A stretch of DNA of 64,000 nucleotides, taken from the human T2T-CHM13v2.0 reference genome, Homo sapiens. Below the pieces are notes generated by a model. It ran no database searches. It was given only the letters and a program-made list of their open reading frames with translations, and was not told where the DNA came from. Shown here piece by piece: positions 1 through 14,519 of the stretch. A program made the position numbers and the translations under genes. The DNA is taken from assembly GCF_009914755.1 (NCBI RefSeq), contig NC_060929.1; one strand, 5' to 3'. Every line of letters begins with the position of its first letter. The first letter of the stretch is position 1.

Positions 1-1039
1 TAGAACCGGGGCTCACAGATGCTGCATAACTTGCCTTCCCAGTGGTATATAGCAAGTAGGTGTTGGAACCAGAATTGGAATCAAGCCTTGGAACCTTATA
101 GTAGAAGCAGGTTGCAGAGGGTGCCAGGCTGTGTGTGGGGTGAGTCACAGGCAGACGGTGCCCAGCACTAGGCAGGGATGCCCATGTTCATGGACATGGA
201 CCAGCATGGCACCAAAGTTGCCTTGTGACTACTCAGCACCCATTGATCAAAATCATATTGGTAAGTCATGGTAACCTCACATAGTACCTATTCCTATTCT
301 TCTCTACTCTAGTTTCCTAAAGTATGTTTTTCAGGTGTTGGTCCCATTTATTTAAAACTAGGTTCTGGGCAAAGTGTAAATTCATCTTAAAAGACATTTG
401 ATAATTTTTTTAAGTTAATTTATAATTGTATTTAGATTAAAGTAATCTAGTAAGAAAGTACTCAGTATTATAATAATACTTTACAAAATGTTTTATACAT
501 ATAATAGTCCTTCAAAGTATTTTCAGACATTATTTTATTTGATAATGAAAATAATCCATTTTATCTAGGCAGAAGCTAAGACTAGAATAAGAGATTCAAG
601 TTCACATTTTCATTACAATTAGCAATTAAAAATAGTACTAGTTGTCATTGTAGCAGTAATAGTAATAAGTGCACATTCACAGTCAGATTTAACTTTCTAA
701 ACTACCTGAGGCAGACTTACCTTTCTATGATAAATACAAGAGAGTGACTCTAACCAAAAATTCCACCAAACAAACCAACCCCCAAAACACCTTTAGAACG
801 CATATGCTGGATACGGCAAATGAAAATGCCAGAAAATATCAGAAGAAATTTTTCTCTCAGTGTTGTTACCTTGTGCTTTCGATAGCAGAGATAATACGAT
901 GCCAGCCCACCAACGTTCTTCCAGGCAGAGATAAAAGCGCAAATAGAGAGGTCGCCTCGGGAAAGGGAAAGTAGGTCACACAGCTAATAGAAAAGCTTTC
1001 TACCCCACAGCAGTGTTTTTCCCTTGAAGTCTGTTTTCT

Positions 1040-2560
1040 TTCCTGTCAATATCCCTCCACCATATTTTATTTTTGGTTAGTATTTGCCTGGTGTTCCTTG
1101 TTCCATCTTTCTACTTTCAGCTTTTCCTTGTCAATGAAAAGAATATAGGTTTTAGGTGTGTCTCTGGTGAACAGCATGTAGCTCTATGTCCTTTTCTCTG
1201 ATCCAAACATCTCTCTCTCTTATTTGACAAGTGTGATCCATTTACCTGTATTATAATTATTACTAAAATCTTTTAAAACCCAATTTGTATCTTTTTGCTT
1301 CTACTTGTTTTTCCTTCTTTTCTGCCTTCTTTTGGACTCCTGGAGTTTATTCTCTTTTATTCTCTCTAGTGACTTGGAACTTATATACTCTAGTTTGTTT
1401 TTTCAGTTATTACCTTAAAACCGTAACATGTACACATGATTAACAAAGTATATTATTAATAATATCTCCACTTTCTTGTTGAACAATACAGGGACCATGC
1501 TCTGAGTCTGGTAATTTTTCTCATCTTCCATACTAGCATGGTTTAAATTTTTCTAAACTTAAACTGCTCAAATTATTCAATGTTTATTCCTGTTTTTGTT
1601 AAACAATGTATTTGTTTACTATTTTTTCCAAATACCATTCCACCTTTCTGGACTCAGTTTCCATATTACTAAAATGCTTCCTTTTATAATCCTTCCCATG
1701 AGGGTTTGTATATAATATACCCACTCAGATTTTGTATTTTAAAAAGTCTTTATCTTTTCCCCATTGTGATTATTTATAATTTTTTCTAACATTCTAAAAA
1801 CAGGATTCCATAATTTCCTGGCCTCTGTGGGAATGAGATTAACTCTCCTGTCCATCTAACTGTTGTAGACACTTGGTCCCTTGTCTCGGTGGGAGTTTTT
1901 GTAGGATTTGCTCTTTGTATCATGGGCAGTAGATTCCAGGTGTCAAAGTGCAGCCTGACTTTTATTTTTGAGACTCAGCTGTGTATTCTCTACCACAGAC
2001 CTCATAATCCGCTCTAGGTCTGCAACGTCATTGTCCAATATCTCCTTGTGTTTTGTCTCTTCCCTGGTCTTTCTGTTCTGCTTTTTTCAAACTTTTATCA
2101 GAGGTATGTTGAATCTCTTCATCATATCCTCTGTGTCTCAGTCTCTTTTTCCTATTTTCCACTTCTTTATCTTTCTGTGCTATTTTGTGGTTTATTTCCT
2201 GAGATGTTTCATAGCCTCTCCCATTCACGGGCAGTTCATCCAGTTCCTCAATAACCATTTAGTTTTTAATTTCAATATCTACATTTTCATCTCTAGAAAG
2301 TTTATGTGGCTCATTTTAAAAAATACTTGTTATTTTTCCTTAACAACTCACTCATTCATATGGATTATAATCCCTCTTTTGTTACTTTAATCTTAATTTA
2401 GAAGCTATTTCAGGTTGTTGTCGTATCTGCAGATCTCGTGGTGCTAATTCGACTACCTCTAATGTCTTTTGATTCTTCCTCATACGGTCCATTGCCTTAG
2501 GTACTTTATAATTTGGTTTTTATTGTGAGGTTATGTTCAGGAGGAACTGCCCCAGCCCCC
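1040..2560 (-). mobile_element. Ancient L1M-type LINE (or HAL1) remnant, antisense, including degraded ORF1 coiled coil
   Basis: T-rich antisense-L1 composition; minus ORF 2028..2258 (EELDEL...QEINHKIAQKDKEVENRKKRLR) resembles old L1 ORF1p. Boundaries approximate. Confidence 0.55.
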
Positions 2561-3049
2561 AGATGGGACATCCCTGCACACTGTAGTCTAAAGTATCATT
2601 TACCAGCAGTGTCATTCTTGCTTCTGCCATAGCCCCAAGGATTTTCTCTGGTTTTGACCTAATTAACAACCCTTCAATTTGGAATTCTTATTATGAATCA
2701 GGTAATGTGATTTCAAACCCAACACTTTAGGGTTTGGATTGATCCTTGGAAGCTTATTGACACTTCCCTGAGCTAGTGAATGGGGCTCTTCTAGACTTCT
2801 TTGTACAGAAAGTATAGCAGTTTGAGGCTCTGGATTTTATTCAAGAGTCTTAGTTGCAGCTGTCCACGTTTGGCTGGCCCAAGGAAATATCTTCTTTTCC
2901 CTATGGGTGTTAAAAGCTCACCCCCTAAGTGCCATAGCCTGAGTCCTGATCCAGGACACTCCTGGACCCACCCCACAGCCTCAGTTCCTTTATCACTGAG
3001 CTCTCTCTTTGTTTCTGTGCCCTGGTAATTTCCCTTTGAGTCCATCATT

Positions 3050-3230
3050 AAAAATAGTAAACAGAATCAACACGTATTTGACGAGTTCCTACCATTTAAC
3101 AAACACTATACTGGCCTCTGGGAAAACAGAGACAAGTGCGATATGGTCACTGTCCTCAACCACCTCTGCATTTGGCCAGAGACAAGCATGTCAGCAAAAA
3201 TGATGCAATGTGGTACCCAGTGGAGCAACA
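3050..3230 (-). mobile_element. L2 3' end fragment
   Basis: CAACACGTATTTGACGAGTTCCTACCAT...ACTATACTGGCCTCTGGGAAAACAGAG resembles the antisense L2 terminus. Confidence 0.45.
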
Positions 3231-4016
3231 GTGCAGGGATGTGGCTCACCCAGGGCAAAAAGAAGAAACAGGTTGATTTTGTAAAATATGATTGATTGGC
3301 ATAAAGAAGTCTTCCTATGGGAAATTAAAGGACAATTAAATAATCAAAGTACACATCACAGTCTTTGTGACATTAAATGTTACAAGTAATTATTGCTCCG
3401 GCTTATTCCTGCCATTCAGAATGACGGTCCTCAGCTAATTAAAATGCCAAAGTAGATGTTCCTTTAGGCAAATACACAAAAGTACATGTTTATATGAAAC
3501 ATGAAACCACTATATTTTCCAAGCAAGATTTTTAAGATGGATTTCGTTTTTCTAATAATAAAAGTTTGCTTCTCAGCCACTCTGATATCTTTATAACTTT
3601 TCTGGATTTTTTTTTTCATTTTATTAAGTTCACTTAATATGAGCTTCTACTTCTCTTCAAGTGTCTCATCTTATTGTTAAAATGGAAACTAATGAAACTG
3701 TAAATGAAGTCTACTTTTATAATGATTAAGTTAAATTATGAAGAATTAATTTTAGAGTGAAAAATTTAGATTTAACTTAATTTGAGAGACTACCAGTTGT
3801 TTCCATTGCAAGTGGATCAAAACAAGGGAAGAAAAAAAAAAAGGAAAGAGAGAGGGAAGGAAGAGAAGCTGGCTGATATTTTTGGTGGAGCATGTATGAA
3901 CATTTTGTTTTTCTGAGGAAGATCTGCATGTACTGGATTAAGAACATTGGGATTCATCCCACGTTTTTCCTACCACACCCCACTGCTCGTTGTCCCCATC
4001 ATCAATTCTATGATAG

Positions 4017-4324
<308 letters not shown>

Positions 4325-5798
4325 TAGGATTTTCCTATATATTTCTTCTTTTATTACATCTCCCACTGCATTTAGTATCAATCCCTTGTTTGTTAATGGA
4401 TGAATGTGATATTCACATCCAAGTGCATTTCTAGAAGGTACACGGTGAGCTCACTGTAAGTAAGAGCCGATCATGGGGTTCAGTGAGATGATCAAGGAAG
4501 GGAGGAAACAGATGTGGTTGAAATTATGCCAGGAGTTAAACCAAAGATCAAAGAAAATGACTCCACTGACTGGGCTCACAGCAGGCATTTTCTCATTTTC
4601 AGTTGAATAGTATCTTCCAAATAAAGGCCAAAATATTTTTTGAGATGTTGTCATTTATAACATTTAATTAGGATGGTCGGAATTTTGATAAACATTTTTC
4701 CACCAGAGCCTTTAATACTTAATCAAAAACAGGATAAACTGAAGCCAATGATCATATCAAGAGCCAAGTTGTAATTTTTCTACAGAGCTACACACTGAAT
4801 CAAGGGTCTCCATTTTTCTTAATCAGGTTCCTTCCATTTTAGAATCTTAGTCCTGTTTCTCCTCTTATCCCCATCATTGGTTTCTTCTGCTCCCCCCACC
4901 AGCTTGATCCTCCACTTCCTCTTTCATCCCTGTCATTGCAACTGTCACCTCTCTGTTCTCTTCTACTTTCTTGTCCTTGCCAGCAGCAATGCCTACCAAT
5001 TTTTACACTTCAGAACAGGTTTACTTACCTTGTCACTGCTTGGTGACAAGGAAAGATACCGCCTGTCTCCCTGACCTCTGGAACAACACATTTGGCATAA
5101 GTTTTAAAACAATTGTGAGGGAGAACTTTGAGGTATGCATGGAAAATGCATGGGTGAATAATTGAACCAAGCGCATCCTGAACCTGTTGTGCCAAACCCA
5201 TGTCTGCCAAACCCCCATGCGTCTAGTAAGTAGCTGCAAGTGCTGCCGATTCGTCATTTTGCCTGGCATGTCACACGAACAGAAAAAAATTCCTGCATAT
5301 CTGCCCGGGTCTGTTTTAGTAAGTTACTAGCCTATGAGCAGAATATAACATATTCCTATTAGATTAGCATATTTGACAAGATTATCACCACGTATTTTTC
5401 TAAATCTTCAAACACAGTAACTTGTTTTAATTTTGTAATTTCAAAAATTTGTCTGTGTAATAACTAGCTAATATTTTACCTAATTGACAGTGATATGCAA
5501 TCTTAGCTAGATGTACATTTTCCCCTGAAGTAATAAACTTTTTAAATGTTCTACTGTTAACATTTTCATTATCATATCTATTGATAATTTCTGTGTACAG
5601 AAATTATCATAATTTCACAAATATAAGAGCATTGATTTTAATAATTTTCTCTTAAAGGTACTAACTGTAGTCAATCTGGATGTGAATATATAAATACTGT
5701 CTTAATTTGCGAGAATCAAACCAAATGCCATTATCTAATGGAATCTGAGCTAGATGAGCATAATATTTCATTTGAAGCTCGGCTCTTCATATTGTATT

Positions 5799-5846
5799 AT
5801 AGGTTGGTGCAAAAGTAGTTGCGGTTTAAAGGTAATGGCAAAAAAC
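5799..5846. mobile_element. MADE1 (Hsmar1 mariner MITE) fragment, one TIR only
   Basis: TAGGTTGGTGCAAAAGTAGTTGCGGTTT closely matches the Hsmar1/MADE1 TIR, followed by TAATGGCAAAAA from the MADE1 centre. Confidence 0.75.
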
Positions 5847-5867
5847 AAAACAAACAAACAAAAAAAA

Positions 5868-6032
5868 ACTCAGCTACTCAGGAGGCTGAGACAGGAGAAT
5901 CGCTTGAACCTAGGAGGCGGAGGTTGCAGTGAGCAGAGATCGTGCCATTGAACTCCAGCCTGAGTGGTGAGAGAGCAAGACTCCGTCTCAGGAAAAAAAA
6001 AAAGAAAAAACAAAACAAAACAAAACAAAAAA
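5868..6032 (+). mobile_element. 5'-truncated Alu (right arm) with A/CAAAA tail
   Basis: CAGCTACTCAGGAGGCTGAGACAGGAGAATCGCTTGAACC...GACTCCGTCTCA followed by an A-rich tail. Confidence 0.9.
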
Positions 6033-6314
6033 CCTTCTTCTACGGAACACAGATCTGACTGTGTTTTGTGATATTAGTATTATTAGAAGTAGCATGCATT
6101 AAACAATAATGATAACCATTCGTGGGTGGATGTTCTCTGGCTACCTGACCCTCTAAGATGCTGCATGTTCAGAGCATTAAGGGACATCTTGCTGCATGAC
6201 AGATTTCCTGCCATCACCAACCCCTATCCAAACCTGCTCTTAAGTAGAAGCGTCAAGTACAGATCTGGTTCTTCTGTTGCCGGTGATCAGATGTCCTGCA
6301 GAGCTGGGCCGAGG

Positions 6315-6331
6315 GCGCCCCCTGCCGCCAG
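6315..6331 (-). promoter_or_regulatory. Candidate CTCF binding motif
   Basis: Reverse complement CTGGCGGCAGGGGGCGC vs consensus TGGCCASYAGRKGGCRS, inside a local GC-rich patch. Motif match only. Confidence 0.45.
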
Positions 6332-6689
6332 TCAGCAGTCCAGCTCTGGGCAGCCTGTGCGGCTGAGGGCAGCAGTGGCTCAAGCTCCCTGGTAGGTACT
6401 CAGAGAAATGAGACGAGGGCGCAGGAAAATCAGCCCAAGAAGTGAACCCGGAACCTGGTCCTGCGTCTCCCTCAGGGGGGCATGTGCGCTGTACACAAAC
6501 ATTGTTCATCTTTTCCTATCAGGAGCTGGAAGGAAGAAAAAAAAAAACATGGTGGAAAGGAGTAGAGAGGAGGAGATTTTGTTGTTGTTTACATAGATAT
6601 AAAGGAAATAGGATTTTGGTCACTAAAATGTTTCTAAGAAACATTGTGTTTTCTTCATTGAAATAACAGGAAGAGCTAACACTTGTAAG

Positions 6690-6870
6690 TCCTGTTGCAC
6701 GCACCTTCTCTAACTCGTTTAAACCTCTGCAAAGACAGAGGAGGCAGGTACTGTTATTATCCCCGTTTCAGAGAGGAAGAAACTGGGACCCCATTTCAGA
6801 GAGGATCATTAATTTGCGCAAGTTTCCCAGCAGTAGAGGTTTGAAGCTAGGCCATGGCTGATTCTTTAAC
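6690..6870. mobile_element. MIR fragment
   Basis: GAGGCAGGTACTGTTATTATCCCCGTTTCAGAGAGGAAGAAACTG MIR core. Confidence 0.65.
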
Positions 6871-7514
6871 CTTCTCAACTCCTCTCTCCTGTGTTTAGAC
6901 GATCATTCAACTGTTGAATCAACATTGAACATACAGCAATGCTTAGGGCAACAATAATTTTAGGAACAATACAAAAATAAGATGTGAAAGAAGTAGAGAA
7001 CTGAAAGCGCAGCCTATTTGTGCTGTTCAGGAATATTCTTTATTTGAATTTGAATTTCACTGATGTCACACCAGCTTTGTTTGCCAATAGGTTAACTTGG
7101 TAGTATCGATCAAAGGGCATAATTTATGTTATTCCTTCTTCTGAATTTCTTGAAATCATCACCTTGTTTTGTTTCCAAGACACATAACCTTGGGACCACA
7201 GGCCCGTTAGTGTGAAGATAACAATGTCAATCCCTGGAGGACTTTTACTTCCTGCTTCTCATATCAGATAACGTATGCAAATTATGCCCACGCAGCATCT
7301 GCATAGGCAGAGTTGATGTCACCCACAGTTCAGTGGAACTCTGTGTACTGCTCCACACTCATACCTGGGAGAATATGGTGAGAATCCTTGGAAAGGTGGC
7401 CCTCAAGATGGGTGAGCTTATGCACTGAGACCCCATGGTGAATGGGGAGCAAATGCTGGCTGTCGTTCCCCAAAGATCTCAATTCCTTCTTGTATCAAAA
7501 AAGTTTCCCCAACC

Positions 7515-7980
7515 CCCATATGTATAGCCGCATATTCACAACAGCCAAGAGGTGAAGCAACTCAGTGTCCATTTTATGAATGGATAAAAAAAAGTATAGA
7601 TCCATACAATGGAGTTTTATTCAAGCTTTAAAAAAGAAGGAAATCTTGGCATAATGCTACAACATCGTGATCTCTGGTGACATTATGCTGAAAGAAATAA
7701 GCCAGTCACAAAAGGAGAACTACTAGATGGTTCCACTTATAGGAGGTCTTAGCATAGTCACAGTCATGGAAACAGGAAGGGGAATGGTGGTTGCCGGGGG
7801 CTGGGAGGAGGGAGGAACGGGGAGTTGTTTTTCCATGGGTATAGGGTTTCAATTTGGTAAGACTGAAAATCCTAGAGATGTTACACAACAATGTGAATGT
7901 GGTTGTCACTACTGAACTGTACACTTGAAAATGGTTTAAAGGGCACATTTTATATTATGTGTTTCTAACACCGTTAAAAA
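7515..7980 (+). mobile_element. L1MB-type 3' end fragment
   Basis: ATTCACAACAGCCAAGAGGTGAAGCAACTCAGTGTCCAT...GAAATAAGCCAGTCACAAAAG...ACTGAACTGTACACTTGAAAATGG, typical L1MB 3' UTR. Confidence 0.8.
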
Positions 7981-8578
7981 TTGTTTGGAGGGAAAAAAGG
8001 AGCTTCTCCGTGTGGGAGAAAACCCCCACAAGACCAGACGAGACCACACAAAGCCATCAAGCCTCGTGCCTGAGATTTTCAGACACCGTATTTGTAAGTT
8101 CAGGCGCCAAACTAAGTCTGTGGCCTGGGCTGTATTCTTGTAATCTGCTAATGCAGTGTTAAAAGGGTTAGGAGATGTGTTGATCGCTTGCCACATAAAT
8201 CAGCTGAATAAATGATAACTTTCATCATAGCTGTGATCAGAGACCCAACACATCCCCCAGGGTGATTTAATTAACTGACATTTTTCCTTTGAGAAAGGAA
8301 TCACTTAAAAACATAATTTCAGGTCTGTTTTAAAAGACATACAAGCACATTGTACCTTTGTCATAGGCATTTAATTTGTTCTCAATTGGTAGCAATGATG
8401 CCAACATAATTTTAATAAGGTTTGTGACTTCGTATGGGTCCCCAGGGGAGGATAGAATCTACATGTTTAGTCTATGAACAATGTTGGTGCTTCTTGTGGT
8501 TGTAAACATTGTCATCAAGAAACTGGAGAGAAGTCATCAGCTAGCAATGCTTCTCTTTTTCTTTCTCTCTTCTCCTAG

Positions 8579-8716
8579 CAATGCAGCAAAAAAGCCTCTC
8601 CCCTGCTCATGTGGCTTTTGAAGTCCTCGGGCATCATTGCCAACCGCCCCTGGCCACGGATCTCTCTCACGATCATCACCACAGCCATCATATTAATGAT
8701 GGCCGTGTTCAACATG
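8579..8716 (+). CDS. ADCY2: ADCY2 coding exon (probably exon 16), 138 nt, phase 0-0, M2 transmembrane region
   Basis: Pyrimidine tract ending CCTAG at 8578; translates QCSKKASPLLMWLLKSSGIIANRPWPRISLTIITTAIILMMAVFNM; donor ATG|GTAAGT at 8717. Matches recalled ADCY2 protein and joins in frame to the next exon. Confidence 0.96.
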
Positions 8717-8853
8717 GTAAGTCCCAGAGCACGGCCGTGTTCAACATGGTAAGCCCCAGAGCATGGCCGTGTTCAACATGGTAAGCCCCAGACCACAGCC
8801 GTGTTCAACATGGTAAGCCCCACACCATAGCTGTGTTCAACATGCTCAGCCCC
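8701..8853 (+). repeat. 32-bp tandem repeat (about 4.8 copies) spanning the exon/intron junction
   Basis: Units start at 8701, 8733, 8765, 8797 and 8829; consensus RGCCGTGTTCAACATGGTAAGCCCCAGASCAY. Confidence 0.95.
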
Positions 8854-11749
8854 GGGGTGAGTCAGGGCTCACAGCAGGCAGGGCGTTCTTCCCTTCTGGG
8901 ACCTGTTCTGTGGAATTTTGGAAACTTGCATTTGGCTCCTTTGCAACACCAGTTGCTGCCTATTAAATTTAGCATCTCTTGGCTACAGCAGTCATTTCTC
9001 TAAGGAAAGGGGTGCTTTCACAGAGCCACCTTGAGAGACTGGGTGACTCCTTGGATCAGTTCCCCACTTCCTTGCTCATGGTGGCCCCTCAACAGGCTAC
9101 AGAAATAACTGCAATGTCTTAAGGATAGTCATGAGGGACAAAGGAACCCTCAAACTAAGGAGAGTGCGGTGTCCTGCCCTGGAGTTTAAATGATGCGATT
9201 GCAACCCCTTGCTCCCCGTCTCACCAGCTGCACGACTAGAAAGACGTTTTCATTGAACTCCACAGGCTCCATTTTCACTTCTTTGAAAGTGGGAACCAAG
9301 ACTTCTCTACCAAGGTGGTTCTAAGGATTCAATGAGCCAGTGTTCCCACCACACTTAGGACAGTCCTGGCCATTTTGTAACTATTGAACCAATGGCCACT
9401 CTGACTATATCAGTCTCATCAGTGCCGGTTATCTCCCCCACAATAGACACTTGGCTCATCAGGGTGCTTTGAGACACGTCCTTATTGTTCTCACATCAGC
9501 AGCAGCAGCTGTAGGAGATCTGATGCTTCCTGTAGTGGAGGCTTCACTCACTGTGGGAAATGCAGTGTTAGGAGATGTAGTCCTTGCCTTCCAGGGACCC
9601 AAAGCCAGGTTGTGGTGACAGACCATATATTATTTCATCATAATAACGTCGTTTTTATAAAGTAGAAAGCATTCATGCAGCAAAATGTAATATTTATTGT
9701 ATATAAAGATGTGTCTGGTATGTGCTGCATGCTCAGACCCCAAAGACAGTTCTCTGCCTTCCAGGAGTAGGAGTAGGAGACAGACAGCTGGGTAACCTCA
9801 TCATCAAGTCATTCTGAAATGAGGAGGCGAAGGCAGCAACAGAGGCATGAGGGGAAGGGCCTGCTCGATGGATCCTGGAGGGCGGAAAGGAGGAGTCTGC
9901 CACATGGGCCTGGAGGAAGTGAGGGGCAAGGGCAGGTGGGCGGAAGGGGAGAAGGTGGGATGTTTGCTTCTGGGACAAGAGTAGAAATTCATATTACGAA
10001 GTAGAGAAAAACAAGGCTGAAGAAGTGGGTTAGGACCTTGAATGTTTACATGGGGTCAGTCCTCCAGGTCACGCGAGAGATCGTAAATTCCTCTCAAACA
10101 CCTGCAGATTCAGGTGAGGGTGATGCCACCTGGACCCCAGATGGGCCAAGCACTAGCAGCAGGGGTGGGATGGCCTCTCCATCGCTTTGTGTAGCCTGGA
10201 AATTGATCTTAGTGACACCTGCAAAGGGGCCTTCAGAGAGAAGCTGTAGCTTGTCCTCCCTGCTGTCTAGAGGTGAATGTGTGCAATTCCCATAGGTTTT
10301 CCTGTGTCATGAGTTTGGGGACAAGTATGCTGGCAGCCCTACCTCACCTGCCTGTGTGTCCCAGCTCCCTCTCAGGAGCTCCCCAAGAAAGAACATGAGG
10401 CCAGCCCTGATGTGGGCTCCCCAGGCATGCGGGCCACTGAAAGGTGCCACCACAGCTACCTCCTCCAGCCACCTGCTCAGCCTCCAGAGCAGCTAGTTCA
10501 AAGGCTCATCTGTTGCTGGGGAAGGAGGGGCTCACCAGGCAAGTCCATGCAGGCCACAGCCTCCCAGGGCTAAGGCAGGCCCTTGGCTGGCAGTCCCCTG
10601 TGGAGAGGTCCTGACAGGCCAGGTCCACCGCTGGAAGCCCTCCTCCTGCCCTTCTGTAAGATGAGCGAGTGGCACGAAGTGGGTCTCCCCTTCTTCTTAG
10701 GTGTTTGCATCACCCGAGGCTCATTTTCTGCTGCAGGGATCATAAGGCCTCCCTCTGGGGGAGGAGGCCTCCTCTTCTAGGTCTCAGGCGTGCCTGGATG
10801 GTGACGTCATTTATTTCCAATTAGGGCTTAATCCAGAGGGAATGGGAAACAGCTGAAGAGGGAAAATGTGCCATGTCTAGACAACAAGCAATTCCCTGGG
10901 GTACCACTGGGCTCCAGAAAGATAGAAACGCCAGGGCTCAGGTGGAGACCTGCTCCATTCATCTACCTGAGGCACCTGCTCATAGGAGCCAGACTGGCCA
11001 GCCAGGGTATTCTGCCTGAAGAATAGGGTTGGGGGGTGGGGGTGGTGGGGAGTGGTTCTTGCTATGGTCCCAGAGCTTTCTTCAGGGGGACAGCCTCAGG
11101 GTGGGGAACTCAAGATGAGAGATTTAAGACAGGGACAGGAGAGGCTTTCTTGAAAGAGCCTTTCTGCAGACACACCACGAGCCACAAGAATGCCTCAGCT
11201 CTCTGCATAGGCAATTTCCTGGATACTGCAAGGATGTGAAGAAATCACAGGGAAGGAACCTGGACAGAGAGAGAGGCAGGCAAGGGGCATTGGCCTGAGA
11301 TGCCAGAAGCATGAGTGTGTTTTCTAAAATGGGTTTTTCGGGCTCGACTTTGTAACCTGCATTTATGCATTAGTCCTGCTCTTCCAAGATCCAGCTCCCC
11401 AGGAAAGTGCACTGCCAAGCACCAAGTGGACTTTGGTAGATGAAAGCTGTGAGAGAGACTGGGTCGGAAGTTGACTCCGTAGCCAAGGGGCTGAGGATGA
11501 AAGCACACTTGAAGGGCAGCAGGGTGCACAAGCTAAGGTTCCAATTTACTCAGAACCCTTGGGTGACTGACACATGCCCGTAAAATTAAGCCGCCTCCTG
11601 GCCCGTCAGGAGTGTGTTCACCATGCATGCAAGCAAATTGAGCACACTTCCTGAGAGTTGACCTTCACTGGCCAGTAGCAGCACATATGAGTTAGGGGAC
11701 AATACATTTAATATCATATACACACACGTAAGAGTGAGATCATTTTTTC

Positions 11750-12650
<901 letters not shown>

Positions 12651-14216
12651 TTTGAGGAGATCTTTGTTTTTTTTCACATGCCCTAGGAAAGTGCCTTCCA
12701 TTCATTAGTTATTAAATGAAAGAATGAGTGAATGAATAGGTAAGCATACAGCCCTTTAAATAAGAAACGATTTCTTTTCGTAACATCTAGTTTGACCTTA
12801 TAAAACCAGGATTTATCACCTAATTCTTAAAGACGATATAAATGAGAAACAAATCTGGTTTGGAAGCTAACTCTATTTTGTATAGCATAATTAGTCATGA
12901 TTGACAGACAGTTCAGTCACTGTCTATAAATGTTTGACAAGCTGATCATTTAGGAGGAGACATTCTTTCAACAGTAGCTACGATCCTTTAGAGAGAGAAC
13001 ACCTGCCTTCAGCAACAGAAATATGTCTTCCAGTGTTGTTTTCCTTCCTCCACAGAAGACACATTAAAAGTATGATGGATGACCCTTGAGGTGTATTTCT
13101 TTCTCAAAAATCATTCATCACACTTTTTAATACTTTTAATGTGCCTTCTGCAGATTTTCCACATACCAAGCGGCCTTCTGTAGCAGTAGGAGCAGGAAAT
13201 AAGCTAAATTACCTTCCCCCACTTTTCCTGTCTATCGATTAAGGGGGAGAAGAAATCAGAGCTGCTCAAGCACTGAATTCCTCCAAGAGTGCAGAAAAAT
13301 ACCATTTGTGTTGATACCTGGTGCCATGAACCACACGGGTGCTCCTCTTGTACTTATGTCAAAGAAAAATCATAAAACTGTAGGAAAGTTGGTGTTAGGT
13401 ACAGAAAGGAAGTAACATGACCTGGCTGTAGAGCCTTGTTTATAATGTCTTATTAATCACAGAAGAGGCAGGACTTGTCCATGGGGCTCTGCCTCTGGCC
13501 ACACCTGAGGATCTGCAGATGCCCTGGGCCCCTGAGCTCTGACTGTGTGAGGCAGAGGCAGTGCCCGGGGCCACACACAGGTGGTGCTGATGCAGCACTC
13601 AGACTGCCCAGGCAGACAGGCAGGTTAGGAGGGAGCACCTGTGCAGGGTGGTGCAAGGGAAGCATACTCCTGTCACTCATGTCAGGAAGGCGACACCTTC
13701 TGCTGAGGATGTGAGTGAAACCTAGTCTTTACCTACATGCAGTTCAATGGTCCCAGGGTTGTTTCCCTTTTTACCTAGTCCCACTTTAACCTGCCCATCC
13801 TGGAGCAGTTTCTGGTTAAAGGAGTACAGCTTTTCATGTTTTTCTCCGTATTTTTTTTTTCTGAACACATTTTCCAGACTGATGGAGCCCCATCCCCAAG
13901 TAGTATTTCTATTTCTCAGTTGTTAACCCAGTGAGACTAATCCAGGCATCGGACTCACATTTCAGCAAGAATAACAGTTATTTGTGTTGGTGGAGTGGGG
14001 GGCTGTGGGCGCGCATATGCTTTAAGTCACGGGGAAGAACATTTAATTTGCTCTCAGAAAACTTCATCGTTTTAAAGACATAGCCTCAATCATGTCCTCA
14101 TGTATAGCACCTATGATTTTTTTAAGTTTTCCCTTTGAGACAGAGGAAGAGTGCTTTCATTTTCTTTCTTTGTTTTGTTTGTTTGTTTGTTTGTTTGTTT
14201 GTTTTTCTGTTTCTAA

Positions 14217-14512
<296 letters not shown>

Positions 14513-14519
14513 TCTAATG

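Noticed and set aside
1968-2390. 140-aa hydrophobic ORF resembling a membrane protein
   Set aside because: Phe/Leu richness comes from reading the T-rich antisense strand of an old L1.
8581-8784. His-rich 67-aa ORF
   Set aside because: Out-of-frame reading of the real ADCY2 exon plus the tandem repeat.
8701-8853. CRISPR-like 32-bp repeats
   Set aside because: Contiguous tandem copies of an exon-intron junction with no spacers.
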